The position numbers and the translations under genes were made by a program. Positions 41,660 through 52,055 of a stretch of 64,000 nt of DNA are shown here, piece after piece; positions within the stretch are counted from its first letter, which is position 1; every line of letters starts with the position of its first letter. The stretch spans positions 2,272,001 to 2,336,000 of the forward strand of contig OZ257156.1 of the NCBI GenBank assembly GCA_965279375.1, read 5' to 3'. The notes beneath the pieces are model-generated. The model worked only from the letters and a program-made list of their open reading frames with translations. It searched no databases and had not been told where the DNA came from. This stretch comes from Gemmatimonas sp. Lineage in GTDB: Bacteria; Gemmatimonadota; Gemmatimonadetes; Gemmatimonadales; Gemmatimonadaceae.

Positions 41660-42924
41660 AGCACGCCAAGCCACTCCTTTTCGCGACCCGCGTAGCCCGG
41701 GAAGATTCGGTCGAGCTGCGTCGCGCCGAGATGCTTGGTGGCAATTTCGCCGAACACGGCACGGAAATCGGTAGTTAGTGCCAGATCGCGCCCTTCGTTG
41801 AGTTGCTCCGGAGCGAGCCCGGGCCAGCGGCCGTGCACCTTCTGCGCACCGCGCAGCTGTCCACCAATCACGAACATCGCGCCCGCGTGTCCGTGGTCGG
41901 TGCCACCGGTGCCGTTCTGCCGCACGGTGCGCCCGAACTCCGACATCGTGAGAATGACGGTGTCGTTCATCCGATCGCCGAGGTCGGCGACCAGCGCCGC
42001 GATGCTCTGCGAGAAATCGCTGAGTCGCGTGGCAAGCTGTCCCTGCGCGCCGCCCTGGTTCACATGCGTGTCCCAGCCGCCGACATCGGCGAAAGCCACT
42101 TCGAGCCCGACATCGGACTTGATGAGCTGCGCGATCTGCAGCAGATGCTGCCCGAATGGTGAGCGCGGGTAGTTCACGCCCGCCGCTGGCCTGTACTGCT
42201 GCGGGTTGGCCGCGCGCAGCACCTTGAGCGCTTCGAACATCTCCGCTCCGCTGCCGTGCACGAGGTCTGCATTGCCGGTGCGATACAGCGCCTCGAGTCG
42301 CTGCTCCGAGCCTCCGCCATTGGTGCGAATGGAGAACTCCTCGATGGAGTTCATCGCCACCGTTGGCGCGGCGCCGCCGAGGATTCGCGGAGTCTGCGCC
42401 GACATGGCCACGGCGCGAAACGGTACCTCGGCGCCGGGAACGCATTGCTGGCAGGTGCCGCGTGTTGCGAGATAGCGATTCAGCCAGCCGTCCGTCGTGC
42501 CCTTCATGTCGGGCGTACCCGTTTCCATGTAGTCCTGCGCATCGAAGTGCGAGCGCGTGGAGCTGGGGCTGCCAACGGCGTGAATGGGCGCAAGCATCTT
42601 GCGGTCCCACAGCGCCTTGAACGGCGAGAGCGACGGATGGAGCCCGAAGTATCCATCCAGATCGATGGCACCGGCGGTCGCTGCCGCTCGCGTGGGCTCA
42701 GCGATCGCCAGCTGCGGACGCGCGGCGTAGTACGCCTTGTCGCCAAAAGGGACGACGACGTTCAGCGCGTCGGCCGCGCCGCGCTGGAAGAGCACGATCA
42801 ACGTCTTGCCGCGCGCAAGCGTCGGCAGCTGCGCGGCGAACGCGGTACGACGCAGAAAGCTCGGCGACAAGCCCATCGTCACCAGCGACAGCGCACCCGA
42901 CTTGAGAAACACTCGGCGGTTCAT
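41656..42924 (-). CDS. DUF1501 family Tat-exported protein
   Basis: MNRRVFLK; FQRGAADALN, RSHFDAQ, GGWDTH, SEFGRT, GTDHG and DFRAV. Confidence 0.92.
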   Translation of the reverse strand: MNRRVFLKSGALSLVTMGLSPSFLRRTAFAAQLPTLARGKTLIVLFQRGAADALNVVVPFGDKAYYAARPQLAIAEPTRAAATAGAIDLDGYFGLHPSLSPFKALWDRKMLAPIHAVGSPSSTRSHFDAQDYMETGTPDMKGTTDGWLNRYLATRGTCQQCVPGAEVPFRAVAMSAQTPRILGGAAPTVAMNSIEEFSIRTNGGGSEQRLEALYRTGNADLVHGSGAEMFEALKVLRAANPQQYRPAAGVNYPRSPFGQHLLQIAQLIKSDVGLEVAFADVGGWDTHVNQGGAQGQLATRLSDFSQSIAALVADLGDRMNDTVILTMSEFGRTVRQNGTGGTDHGHAGAMFVIGGQLRGAQKVHGRWPGLAPEQLNEGRDLALTTDFRAVFGEIATKHLGATQLDRIFPGYAGREKEWLGVL

Positions 42925-42946
42925 GATTCGCTCCGGTGTGCGGCGC

Positions 42947-45061
42947 CTAGCGGCGCTGAAATTCAGGGGCGCCGAGCGCGAGCCCGACGATCTGTGCGAA
43001 ACCGGCCATCGGAGGGAGCGTGCCGATCGCTTGCGTCAACGTCGCGCCGCGCGTGGGCTTGATCGCTTCGCGTCCAGCGGCCTTCTGCTGCTGGTCCATC
43101 GGACGACGGGCGTCTCGTTGCTGATTGCGTTGCGCAGCGCGCGCGGTATCGCGCGTTGGTGCACCTGCGCTGCCAGCCATGCTGCCACCCATCAGGTCGT
43201 CGGCTGTGTCGTCGAGGGACATGGTGTCGCTCGCGGCACGCGCCTGCAGAAACGGGTTGGTGCCGGTGAGGAGGACCTGTCGCGTGTCGGTCGAGACAGC
43301 GCCGCCGAACAGCTCCTGGATCACGCCATCGACCTGCTTCTCTCGTGCCTGGGTGGCATAGGTCTGCGTCGCGGGCCACTCGACGAGCTTGACGCCCGGA
43401 ACCCGCCCCGACGCCGCGGCCAGTCCGAAGTTGATGCGATTGAGAATTGCGCCCGTGTTCATCCACGCGTCGCCCGTCTCCGGATAGCCGTTGGGCGCCT
43501 GATGCCCAAAGATCGGCTGGCCAAGACGACTGACGAACTGCGCTGTGCGAGGGGACGCGTCGGGCTTGGCGTTCATCGCGCGCAGCGTGCTGACCACCAG
43601 CTCGAAGGGCGACTTCACCTTGGCGCGGTACGAAGCCGTCGCGAAGAACTCGGGGCTCGTCACGATCGTGCGCAGCGTCTCGCGGATATCGCCGTCGGTA
43701 CGCTCGAACGTGGCCGCAGCACGTGCCACCAACGCGGGCGGTGGTGTGTCGCTCACGAAGCGGCGCGCCAGTTTCGTCGCGATGAACGTCGCCGTCTTCG
43801 GGCTGCGTGCGAGCATGTCGAGGACAGCTTCGCCTTCCTCCTGACCACGTCCCGCAGGGAATGCGGTGCCGAGGATGGACTTGGCGCCGGCATCGTGCGC
43901 TTCGCCGCGGAAGGTGAAGTCGCCGCCGTTCGCACCGCGCGCGATCGTCCATCCCGTGAGTGCGCGCGCCACTTCGGTGACGTCGTGTTGCGTGTAGCCG
44001 CCATCCACGCCGAGTGTGTGCAGCTCCATCAGCTCGCGGGCGTAGTTCTCGTTGAGGCCGCGTCGGCGATTGCCGACCGCCTGTGCGAGTTGTGTCAGTC
44101 GTTGCTGTGCTTCCGCGGGTGTCAGCTTGCGCAGCTCGGCTACGCGCTCCGGGGGCAGCGTGGCGAGACGCTGTTGCAGCGCCGGCGGCAGCTGGCCGCG
44201 ATCGATCAGGTCGCCGATGGTGACGTTGGCCATCGCGCGCTGTCCGGCTGCGTTGGGGCGACGGGCGCCTGCCGCGCCGGCTCCTGCGCCGCCGCCCGCG
44301 CGCTGTGCCAAGCGCCGCGCGGGAGCGAGCGTCGGCTGCCCGCTGTCCGCGACGCTTTGCCAGTTGTCGAGGTAGTAGAGCATCGCCGGGCTCTTGGCCA
44401 CCGCACCGAGTAGCGTGCGGAACTTGCCCATGGCGTTGGGGCGGATCGTGTTGGCGTCGTACTCGGGGAGGAAGTACCGCGTGCGGTCCTTGCCGGCGAA
44501 GACGTTGAAGTGATTCTCCCAGAAATCCACCATCACTTCGTTGAGCTGGCGCTCCGTCATGACGGCGCGCGCCACTCGACTGGATGCGATCTCACCGAGG
44601 AACGCGTACGACTGTCGTCCCTGCGCGGCGAGCTTGGCAGAATCGGCGGCGGAGACCGAGCCACCGTTCGCGCGCAGGCGAGCCAATGCCACGCCCGGCG
44701 GCGGATACGCAGCCAGCAGCTGCTCGCCGGTCTGGTTGAGCGTCTTGAATTGTGCCAAAAAGGCGTCGGTGGCACCGTCCGGAATGCGTTCCACTTCGAG
44801 CTGCCGGGCGATCCACGCGTCTACGCCGATGGCGCGCACCGCGGCGACATCGCCGGGCCGGGCACCAAAGCTCAGTCGGTTGAGGGCGTGATGGACCTGT
44901 TGGTCTGCGGTCTGCTCACGAGATGCGACCTCGCTTGAAGACGGGAGCCGGTCCTGGCCCGGGTCTGTGCGGCGGGGGCTGGCGCCCGCACAGGCGGCGA
45001 GAAGAAGCACTGCGCCGGTGCGCGTTGTCGTGGCGAAGGTACGTCGAACGGAGGGTGCCAT
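42947..45061 (-). CDS. DUF1800 family lipoprotein
   Basis: LLAAC lipobox; RLSFG, FWENHFNV, PAMLYYLDN, NENYARELMELHTLG and KVKSPFE. Confidence 0.92.
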   Translation of the reverse strand: MAPSVRRTFATTTRTGAVLLLAACAGASPRRTDPGQDRLPSSSEVASREQTADQQVHHALNRLSFGARPGDVAAVRAIGVDAWIARQLEVERIPDGATDAFLAQFKTLNQTGEQLLAAYPPPGVALARLRANGGSVSAADSAKLAAQGRQSYAFLGEIASSRVARAVMTERQLNEVMVDFWENHFNVFAGKDRTRYFLPEYDANTIRPNAMGKFRTLLGAVAKSPAMLYYLDNWQSVADSGQPTLAPARRLAQRAGGGAGAGAAGARRPNAAGQRAMANVTIGDLIDRGQLPPALQQRLATLPPERVAELRKLTPAEAQQRLTQLAQAVGNRRRGLNENYARELMELHTLGVDGGYTQHDVTEVARALTGWTIARGANGGDFTFRGEAHDAGAKSILGTAFPAGRGQEEGEAVLDMLARSPKTATFIATKLARRFVSDTPPPALVARAAATFERTDGDIRETLRTIVTSPEFFATASYRAKVKSPFELVVSTLRAMNAKPDASPRTAQFVSRLGQPIFGHQAPNGYPETGDAWMNTGAILNRINFGLAAASGRVPGVKLVEWPATQTYATQAREKQVDGVIQELFGGAVSTDTRQVLLTGTNPFLQARAASDTMSLDDTADDLMGGSMAGSAGAPTRDTARAAQRNQQRDARRPMDQQQKAAGREAIKPTRGATLTQAIGTLPPMAGFAQIVGLALGAPEFQRR

Positions 45062-45185
45062 GCACGCATTCTCGGATTGAAGTCACGCCATTGGACGCCG
45101 AGGGGCTCTGCATGTTAACCCCGCAATCGGGTTGCTGGTGTCACGCGGACCTTGAGCCGTGGTGTGGCGATCGGTTGCTTACGCC

Positions 45186-45659
45186 ATGGCTCAGACCGAC
45201 TCTTCCCGCTCGCTGCTGGACCGCGCCCTCGCGGCGGGCGCCCTGTCCACAGTCGCGACCGGTGGCGCATTGATCGGCCTCGGGCTGCGCGAAGCGGAGG
45301 CGAGTCGGGTCTTCCGTCTCGTGGGGCGCGGGCTGCTCGAGCATGTGGGAGTCGTTGGCGTGAGTGCACCGCTGACGTCCGTCGCGCTCGGCTACCTCCA
45401 TCATCTGCTGATTTCGGCGCTCTGGGGCGTCACGCTGGGGGCCATCGTGCTGTCCCCGCGCACGGTGTCCAGGCGAGTGGTGTTCAGCGTGCTCGCGGTG
45501 GTCGTGTACGCCGTGCTCGCCCTGTTTGTGCTCCCATCCCTGCTGCGCATCGGCTACGCGGTGACGTCAAACGTGCCCGGCGTGGTTGCCATTGGTGTAG
45601 CGCTGCTGCTGGCGCTGCTGGGCACCGTATGGGTGGACGCCGCTGAAGTGCACGACTGA
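45186..45659 (+). CDS. Hypothetical membrane protein (about 4 TM)
   Basis: Hydrophobic ORF filling the gap; GYLHH in TM2. Confidence 0.65.
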   Translation: MAQTDSSRSLLDRALAAGALSTVATGGALIGLGLREAEASRVFRLVGRGLLEHVGVVGVSAPLTSVALGYLHHLLISALWGVTLGAIVLSPRTVSRRVVFSVLAVVVYAVLALFVLPSLLRIGYAVTSNVPGVVAIGVALLLALLGTVWVDAAEVHD

Positions 45660-45883
45660 CGCGACGTCCGTCACTTGCCGGTGTGACAAAGGCGGCCATT
45701 CGCGGGTATTGCGGGTGCGTGTGTGACGGAATCGCGACGGTTTTTGCGACCCCGGTCACGCGCGGCGTTTCTTGCACTGTTCTACGTTGCAGATCGTTGG
45801 ATGAACCGTCTTAGCCGTGGACGGCGCACGGGGCGACAAGTCCATCCAACCGGTGTTTCCCTTTGACCACAGGAGGTTTGCAG

Positions 45884-46447
45884 ATGGACGTCCTCGTACG
45901 ACTCGAGGCCCGTCCGAGTGATTCGCCGGTGCTTGCGCACGTGAATTCGATCCCGGTGCTTCCGTTTGGTACGCGCTCTCGGCGTGAAGTAGTCACGCTG
46001 TACGGTGCGGCCGACGCCCAGTCCCTCGCCTTGGCCCTCGCGGCCACCGTCGAGAGTGAGCGACAGGAAGTCCCGCAGTCGGGCGTGGTGCGACACATTG
46101 GCGTGTGGCCGGACCGTGGGGCGATTGGCGATTCGGCATGGCGGGATGGCTCGACCGGACGATTGGTCACGCGTGATCTCGACATTCCGTTCGTGGCACT
46201 CGAAGCGCGAGCGGTCGAGTTGCTTGGAGAATGTGGTCCGACGTTGCGTCGTATTACCGCTGGGCTGGGAATGGCCGACTGGCCGGAAGGAACCGATCGC
46301 GCACTGAGCTTCACCTTTGCATCCACGCCGAGCGCGTTGCAGGGCGGCGGGGCAGGGGAGACGCTGCGGGACGAGATGGGCGTGGAAAATTGGCTGGACT
46401 CACTTCGGGCAGCTGATGCGTTTTCATTTGACGTGGAGGGCGACTAA
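45884..46447 (+). CDS. Hypothetical protein
   Basis: Strong AGGAGG RBS before ATG 45884; no recognisable family. Confidence 0.6.
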   Translation: MDVLVRLEARPSDSPVLAHVNSIPVLPFGTRSRREVVTLYGAADAQSLALALAATVESERQEVPQSGVVRHIGVWPDRGAIGDSAWRDGSTGRLVTRDLDIPFVALEARAVELLGECGPTLRRITAGLGMADWPEGTDRALSFTFASTPSALQGGGAGETLRDEMGVENWLDSLRAADAFSFDVEGD

Positions 46448-46714
46448 GCCCCTTTCTTCGTTCGAGTAGGACCCAGAGGCCGCGATCACTGATCGCGGCC
46501 TCTCGTATTTCCGGCCCATCGGTCGCGAAGCAACAGGCACGGTCGCGTCGCCGAGCACGTGCACTGTCGGGACCGCCACCGCAACGCTCAGGGTTTCCCT
46601 GAATTGACGTTCCAGTGGGCCGGCGCCATGCTCGAGGCGTCAGCAGGCGAGTTTCCCCTGCCGATGGTTCTGGGCCCTGCACTGCGCGGCCAGACGCCGC
46701 GCCCCGGAGGAACG

Positions 46715-48811
46715 ATGCGGGAGTACGATAGCGCCGGCATCAGGAACATCGCCGTGGTCGGTCACGGCGGAGGTGGCAAGACGAGTCTCGTGGATGCGCT
46801 CTGCTTTGCAGCGGGCTCCGGACGACGGCACGGCACGGTCCACGCAGGTAACGCGCTCACCGACTATCTCCCCGAGGAGATAGAGCGCGGATACTCCATC
46901 GCTTTGGGCTGTGCATACGCCGAGTGGATGGATAGCAAGATCAACTTCATCGACACGCCGGGTTCGCTCGACTTTCAGGGCGATGCGATCGGTGGTCTCG
47001 CGGCCGCCGACGGCGCGCTCTGCGTGATTGGTGCCGCCGCCGGCGTGGAAGTGGGCACGGAGCGCATGTTCGACGCCGCGCTCGACCGGCAGGACCCGAT
47101 CCTCTTCGTCGTCTCGATGATGGACAAGGAGTTCGCCGACTTCGATCGTGTCTACGCGCAGATCAAGGAGCGCCTCACGCCGAAGGTCATTCCCGTCGAG
47201 ATTCCGATCGGCGCCGGCGCGAACTTCCGCGGCGTGATCAATCTCTTCACCCAGCGCGCGTATCTCTACGCGCCCGGTGCCAAGGGCGAGTTCGTCGAAG
47301 GGGATGTCCCGCCGGAATGCGCCGATCGTTTCGCACGGTATCGCCAGGAACTCATCGAAGCGATCAGTGCGACGGACGACACGCTGCTCGAGCGCTATCT
47401 CGAAGGTGGCGACATCGACCGCGACGAAGCCATCGAGGGCATGCGGGAAGCCATGAAGCGCATGGACCTCTTCCCGCTCTTCTGCGCGTCGTCGGAGACC
47501 ATGATCGGCGTGCGTGCGCTGCTCACCGAACTTGTGCAGCTCATGCCGAATGCGCGCGATATGGAAGAAATCCACGCGCTCGTCGGTGCCGAAGGCGCGG
47601 AGACGATTCAGCTGCACGCGCGTGATGACGGACCCTTCGCCGCGCTCGTCTTCAAGACTCTCGCCGAGCCGCACGTGGGTGAGGTCAGCTACTTCCGCAT
47701 CCTGTCAGGGTGTGTGCGCACAGGGCAAGACGTGTTCAACGCGACGCGGGATCTGGGCGAGAAGCTGGCGCATCTCGCGATCCCCTGCGGCCGCGAACGG
47801 ATCGATGTCGACACGCTGCACGCCGGTGATATCGGCTGCGTCGCGCGCCTGCGCAACACGCACACCAACGACACGCTGTCGTCTCGTGAGCATCCGATTC
47901 GCCTGCAGCCTATTCGCTTTCCCGAGCCGCTCGTGCACTACGCCGTACGTGCAGCAGCGCGCAGCGACGAAGAAAAGCTGCAGATCGGACTGCATCGCCT
48001 GCACGATGAGGATCCGACGATCGAAGTCCACTACGATCCCGATACCCACGAGACGATCGTCAGCGGATTGGGCGAGCGACATCTCGACGTGGCCGTGTCC
48101 CTGCTGCGTCGCAAGGCTGGAGTGCAGGCGGAACTCGCAGCGCCAAAGATCGCCTATCGCGAGACGATCACGGTGCGTGGCGAAGGGCAGGGCCGGCACA
48201 AGAAGCAGACCGGTGGACGCGGACAGTTCGGCGACTGCTGGGTGCGACTGAGTCCGATGCCGCGCGGTGAAGGCTATCTCTTCGACAACCGCATCGTCGG
48301 TGGCGCGATCCCGTCCAAGTACATCCCAGCCGTGGATCGTGGCGCGCAGGAGGCGGCCGCGCGCGGTGTGCTCGCCGGCTATCCGTTGGTGGACGTGCGC
48401 GTCGAATTGTACGACGGCTCGACGCACTCCGTGGACTCCAACGAAATGGCGTTCAAGCTGGCCGGGATGCTCGCGTTCCGCAGCGTCGTGCCCAAGTGTC
48501 GTCCGGTGCTGCTCGAGCCACTCGATCTGCTCGACATCACGCTTCCCGACACCTTCCTCGGCGATGTGCTCGGCGATCTCTCGGCACGCCGTGGCCACAT
48601 CCTCGGCACGGAAAGCGGCGCCAAGGGCACCATCGTGCGCGCCGTGGTGCCGCGCGCCGAGTTGCATCTGTATGCCACGCAGCTGCACTCGCTCACGCAC
48701 GGGCGCGGCCAGTTTTCCAGTCGATTCAACGGATACGAGCAGGTGCCAGCCGAAGCCACGCAGCGCATCGTCGCCAGCAGACAGCGCGAGGTGGAGCTGG
48801 TGGACGCCTGA
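46715..48811 (+). CDS. Elongation factor G paralogue (EF-G II type)
   Basis: Full five-domain length; GHGGGGKT, DTPGSLDF, GLGERHL, KKQTGGRGQFG and HSVDSNEMAF; GGAGG RBS. Confidence 0.92.
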   Translation: MREYDSAGIRNIAVVGHGGGGKTSLVDALCFAAGSGRRHGTVHAGNALTDYLPEEIERGYSIALGCAYAEWMDSKINFIDTPGSLDFQGDAIGGLAAADGALCVIGAAAGVEVGTERMFDAALDRQDPILFVVSMMDKEFADFDRVYAQIKERLTPKVIPVEIPIGAGANFRGVINLFTQRAYLYAPGAKGEFVEGDVPPECADRFARYRQELIEAISATDDTLLERYLEGGDIDRDEAIEGMREAMKRMDLFPLFCASSETMIGVRALLTELVQLMPNARDMEEIHALVGAEGAETIQLHARDDGPFAALVFKTLAEPHVGEVSYFRILSGCVRTGQDVFNATRDLGEKLAHLAIPCGRERIDVDTLHAGDIGCVARLRNTHTNDTLSSREHPIRLQPIRFPEPLVHYAVRAAARSDEEKLQIGLHRLHDEDPTIEVHYDPDTHETIVSGLGERHLDVAVSLLRRKAGVQAELAAPKIAYRETITVRGEGQGRHKKQTGGRGQFGDCWVRLSPMPRGEGYLFDNRIVGGAIPSKYIPAVDRGAQEAAARGVLAGYPLVDVRVELYDGSTHSVDSNEMAFKLAGMLAFRSVVPKCRPVLLEPLDLLDITLPDTFLGDVLGDLSARRGHILGTESGAKGTIVRAVVPRAELHLYATQLHSLTHGRGQFSSRFNGYEQVPAEATQRIVASRQREVELVDA

Positions 48812-48857
48812 GTGGCGCCAGTGTCGTTCCGTGCAACGTGTGTACGCAGTGTGTACG

Positions 48858-48895
48858 ACGAAGGCGCTCACCGATGAACCGGTGAGCGCCTTCGT
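48858..48895. terminator. Perfect 16-bp hairpin between convergent genes
   Basis: ACGAAGGCGCTCACCG - ATGAAC - CGGTGAGCGCCTTCGT. Confidence 0.75.
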
Positions 48896-48936
48896 GCATT
48901 GCATGACTCGACGACGTTGCGTATCGCGAGCTCGCG

Positions 48937-50865
48937 TTAACGCCCCGTGAACCAGGTCGACGGATTGAACCCCTGCGGATTCACTTCGTAGTACTGACTC
49001 CGCGTCCAGCGGCCCGTCGTCGGGAAATACGGCGGCGGATACTGCAGCAAGCAGCGGTTGAACGACAAGTCATCGTAGTAGCCATGCAGATTGCTGCCAC
49101 TCATCGTGCCCGTCTGTCCGGTGCGTGCTTCGATCGTGCCACCGATCAGTCGCGTGGTACCGCGCGTGACGTAGCGGTTGGCGGCCAGGCCTGCGGGCGG
49201 CGACGCATTCTCGGCAGCGACGGACTTGAGGGCCAGCAGCGATGCGTGGATCGCCATGTCCGGTCGATTCGCCGACGGATCGAAATCCTTGCGCGGCCAC
49301 GTCCAGGCGCTGCCGTCGTTGTTGGTGCGACGCCACTGCGGTGTCGCGAGCGTATTGTCGGCGTACATCACGTACTCGCCGGAGAACAAGCCGACAACGT
49401 CGTCGTCTGGGGTACACGCACCAGTGGTGACGCCAGGGCTCGTGGCCTGCGTGAGGTTGTGCGCGATGACGAGCATGTTCCGCGATGCAACGGTCACGCG
49501 ACCGCGTACGACACCGCTGACCGCGACCTTCCCTTCGGCGAAGATCACACCGCGAAAGTTCGGATTGTACGCGGCGCTGAGCGGCCACAGGTAGTCCGCA
49601 TCGGCCCGCGCCGCCAGCGAGGCGGGAATGCTGCCTGAGGTGCGCGGCATCCAGTAGCCACCGGAATCGGACGCGGCAAAGATACCCGTCGCGGTCAGGC
49701 GCTCATCTCCGCCCAAGTAGCAGCGCGTCGTGTTGTCATCGAAGGCATCGGCCTTGTCCTTCATCAGCGTCTGGTAGTTGCCGCTGGCGCGATGTGCAAT
49801 CGCTCGCATGGTGATGGGCACTGCACTGCGTCCACCGACATTGGTGACGCGACCGCAATTCGGCGAATACAGCACGCTGTCGATCGGTACGGCTGAACCG
49901 GTCGGCACCGGAGCGCCCGAGGCCGCCGTTGGCGGAATCGGCGGGCGCGCCATCGCCCAGCCGGCGCCCAACGGTGAGCCGGTCTTCGTCTGATAGACAC
50001 GGAAGTAGCCGTCATTCGGGCCCGTCGTGTTGCCGTCACCGTCGGCATCGATTGCGAGAAACTCGATACGCATCGTGGCCAGCGCCGAGTCGCCCGTGAC
50101 GACGTTGGGCGTGAAGACGTAGCCGGCCCGATTCGCGATGTTCTTGAGCACGTTCAGATCGGCCGTTGTCGGCATCGGGATCCTGGCGATCCGCTCCGTC
50201 GGCGGCCCCTTCTTGAACAGCGCAAACGTCTTGTTGGTGACGACAGCGGACGTGGTCACCACGTCATGGAAGGTGGCCTGCGGCGACGGTGTGCCGCCGT
50301 TCCAGACGTAAATCGTGTCGTTGCTGTGCACGGGCCCCTGCGCTTGCGCGCCGAGCGCCCAATACAGCAGCCAGCCCGCCGTCGATCGCGCCTGATCGGT
50401 GAACGACGCGTAGCGCGCAAACGACTCCTGGAACATCTGCGCGCGTCGAATGGCCGTGTTGCCGTAGCTGTCCGTCACCTGCGCCACCACCTCGGCCTGC
50501 ACGCCGAACTCACCCGCGTTGCGGAGCGAGTCGGAGTTGCCGAGACGCGAGACCCAGATCGAGCGGCGCAGACCGCCGCCGATGTTCACGTTGTTCGCGA
50601 CGGTGAGGTAGCCTTCCATCGGCACGGTATCGAGGCGCGCGTTCATGCGCGAGCGCTCGATCTCGAGTGAGGAGATCGCGGCGTCGTCGACGCTGGACGC
50701 GCGGTCGGATCCAGCCTGCACCAGCTTGCCGGACATCGCCATCACGGCCGACGCGAGTGCGATGACGGTCGCCACCATCGCGATCAGCAGTACCGCGACG
50801 AGCGCAAAGCCGCGACGGGTGCGAACGAGCTTTCGTCCCGGAAGCCTCATGCGTGTGGTCCTCAT
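48937..50865 (-). CDS. Large PilX-like minor pilin with an extended C-terminal domain
   Basis: RRG|FALVAVLL class III signal lacking Glu5, as in PilX/GspK; 642 aa; GPVHSN and DADGDG motifs. Confidence 0.75.
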   Translation of the reverse strand: MRTTRMRLPGRKLVRTRRGFALVAVLLIAMVATVIALASAVMAMSGKLVQAGSDRASSVDDAAISSLEIERSRMNARLDTVPMEGYLTVANNVNIGGGLRRSIWVSRLGNSDSLRNAGEFGVQAEVVAQVTDSYGNTAIRRAQMFQESFARYASFTDQARSTAGWLLYWALGAQAQGPVHSNDTIYVWNGGTPSPQATFHDVVTTSAVVTNKTFALFKKGPPTERIARIPMPTTADLNVLKNIANRAGYVFTPNVVTGDSALATMRIEFLAIDADGDGNTTGPNDGYFRVYQTKTGSPLGAGWAMARPPIPPTAASGAPVPTGSAVPIDSVLYSPNCGRVTNVGGRSAVPITMRAIAHRASGNYQTLMKDKADAFDDNTTRCYLGGDERLTATGIFAASDSGGYWMPRTSGSIPASLAARADADYLWPLSAAYNPNFRGVIFAEGKVAVSGVVRGRVTVASRNMLVIAHNLTQATSPGVTTGACTPDDDVVGLFSGEYVMYADNTLATPQWRRTNNDGSAWTWPRKDFDPSANRPDMAIHASLLALKSVAAENASPPAGLAANRYVTRGTTRLIGGTIEARTGQTGTMSGSNLHGYYDDLSFNRCLLQYPPPYFPTTGRWTRSQYYEVNPQGFNPSTWFTGR

Positions 50866-52055
50866 GGCACCACCACCGCGATCGAGGCCGCGAGCGTCGA
50901 GAGATTGGGTGTGCAGTCCTGCACGGCCAATCCGTACTGGTACGACTTCGCCGAGCCACGCTCGACGCCGCCGTCCTTGTAGTTGTAGGTCATCGTTCCT
51001 CCGACCACACCAATGGTGGCCAGCGGCTCACCCCACACCGCTGCGCCTGACAACCTGCGCCAGAGTACGTAGCGCACGGCATCGGTCTCGCCGCCGCCAT
51101 CGTCAGTGGCCTTGCTCCACGACAGCATCACTGCGTTGCTGTCGACGTTCCACGCGGCACTCGCCGCACCGGGCGCGATCGGTGGACGTCCGCAGGCGCG
51201 TGACTGGCGCGCGACCGCGGTATTCGGCATGGGGACGGTGTAGCGCACCACGTTGCGCGTGCCGGCGCTCGGCGTGGTCGCCTCGAAGGTGACCTCCACG
51301 CCGCGCAGCTGATCGATGCGCGTCGACGTGGCGGTGCCCGTGTCCGGCGTGACGCCCCGATACATGACGGACTTCGACAGCGGCAGCCAGCTGCGCGGTA
51401 CCGTGTCGAGATCGGTGAGCGTTGAGTTGTAGCGGGTCGGGTCGTACCAGTAGCGGAAGAACGGCGTCGATGGCGACTTGCGAAGTCCGGTTGCGATGAT
51501 CTCCGCGGTGCCGTTGTTCACCTGACGCAACAGCATGTAGTCCGCCGCGTCGGAGGACGATGTGTCGCGCGTGAATCGGAAGATGATCAGCTCTGCATCG
51601 CCGCTGGTGCCCGCGATGGTCGAATAGTCGGCCAGCGGGTACGTGAACGACGATCCGGGGATCGTGATCGCGTTCGAGAGCGAAATGGCGCTGACCTCTG
51701 CCGCGGTCGCATACGGATCGACGTACACGGCGCCGGTGAAGCGCGCCGAGTCGGCGTCGTTGCTCGTGAGGTCGCTGTTGAAGGCGAAGACGCTGTCGTT
51801 CGCGTACACCACGATGGGCTGATTGTCCATCACGTTCGTGCCGGCCGTGCGTAGCTCTTGGCGCATGATGTCGCGACCGAAGCGGCCGTTCTGAATCGAC
51901 GCGGACTTGGTGGCAAGCGTGCGGAATCCCTTGCCTTGCGCCAGCAGGAATCCGAATGCGGCGCTCATGATCAGCCCAAAGACGACCAGGGCGACCATGA
52001 CTTCCGCAAGCGTGAAGCCGCGTCGTGCGCGGCGGATCGATGTCGAAGGGGTCAT
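50862..52055 (-). CDS. PilW-like minor pilin with a C-terminal FN3-like domain
   Basis: RRG|FTLAEVMVAL; QELRTAG; C-terminal LSW...YVLWR...YKD...YQYGLAV. Confidence 0.8.
   Translation of the reverse strand: MTPSTSIRRARRGFTLAEVMVALVVFGLIMSAAFGFLLAQGKGFRTLATKSASIQNGRFGRDIMRQELRTAGTNVMDNQPIVVYANDSVFAFNSDLTSNDADSARFTGAVYVDPYATAAEVSAISLSNAITIPGSSFTYPLADYSTIAGTSGDAELIIFRFTRDTSSSDAADYMLLRQVNNGTAEIIATGLRKSPSTPFFRYWYDPTRYNSTLTDLDTVPRSWLPLSKSVMYRGVTPDTGTATSTRIDQLRGVEVTFEATTPSAGTRNVVRYTVPMPNTAVARQSRACGRPPIAPGAASAAWNVDSNAVMLSWSKATDDGGGETDAVRYVLWRRLSGAAVWGEPLATIGVVGGTMTYNYKDGGVERGSAKSYQYGLAVQDCTPNLSTLAASIAVVVP

Noticed and set aside
45745..45760. CRP/FNR-like site TGCGA-N6-TCACG
   Set aside because: It has two mismatches to consensus and no supporting context; it could arise by chance.
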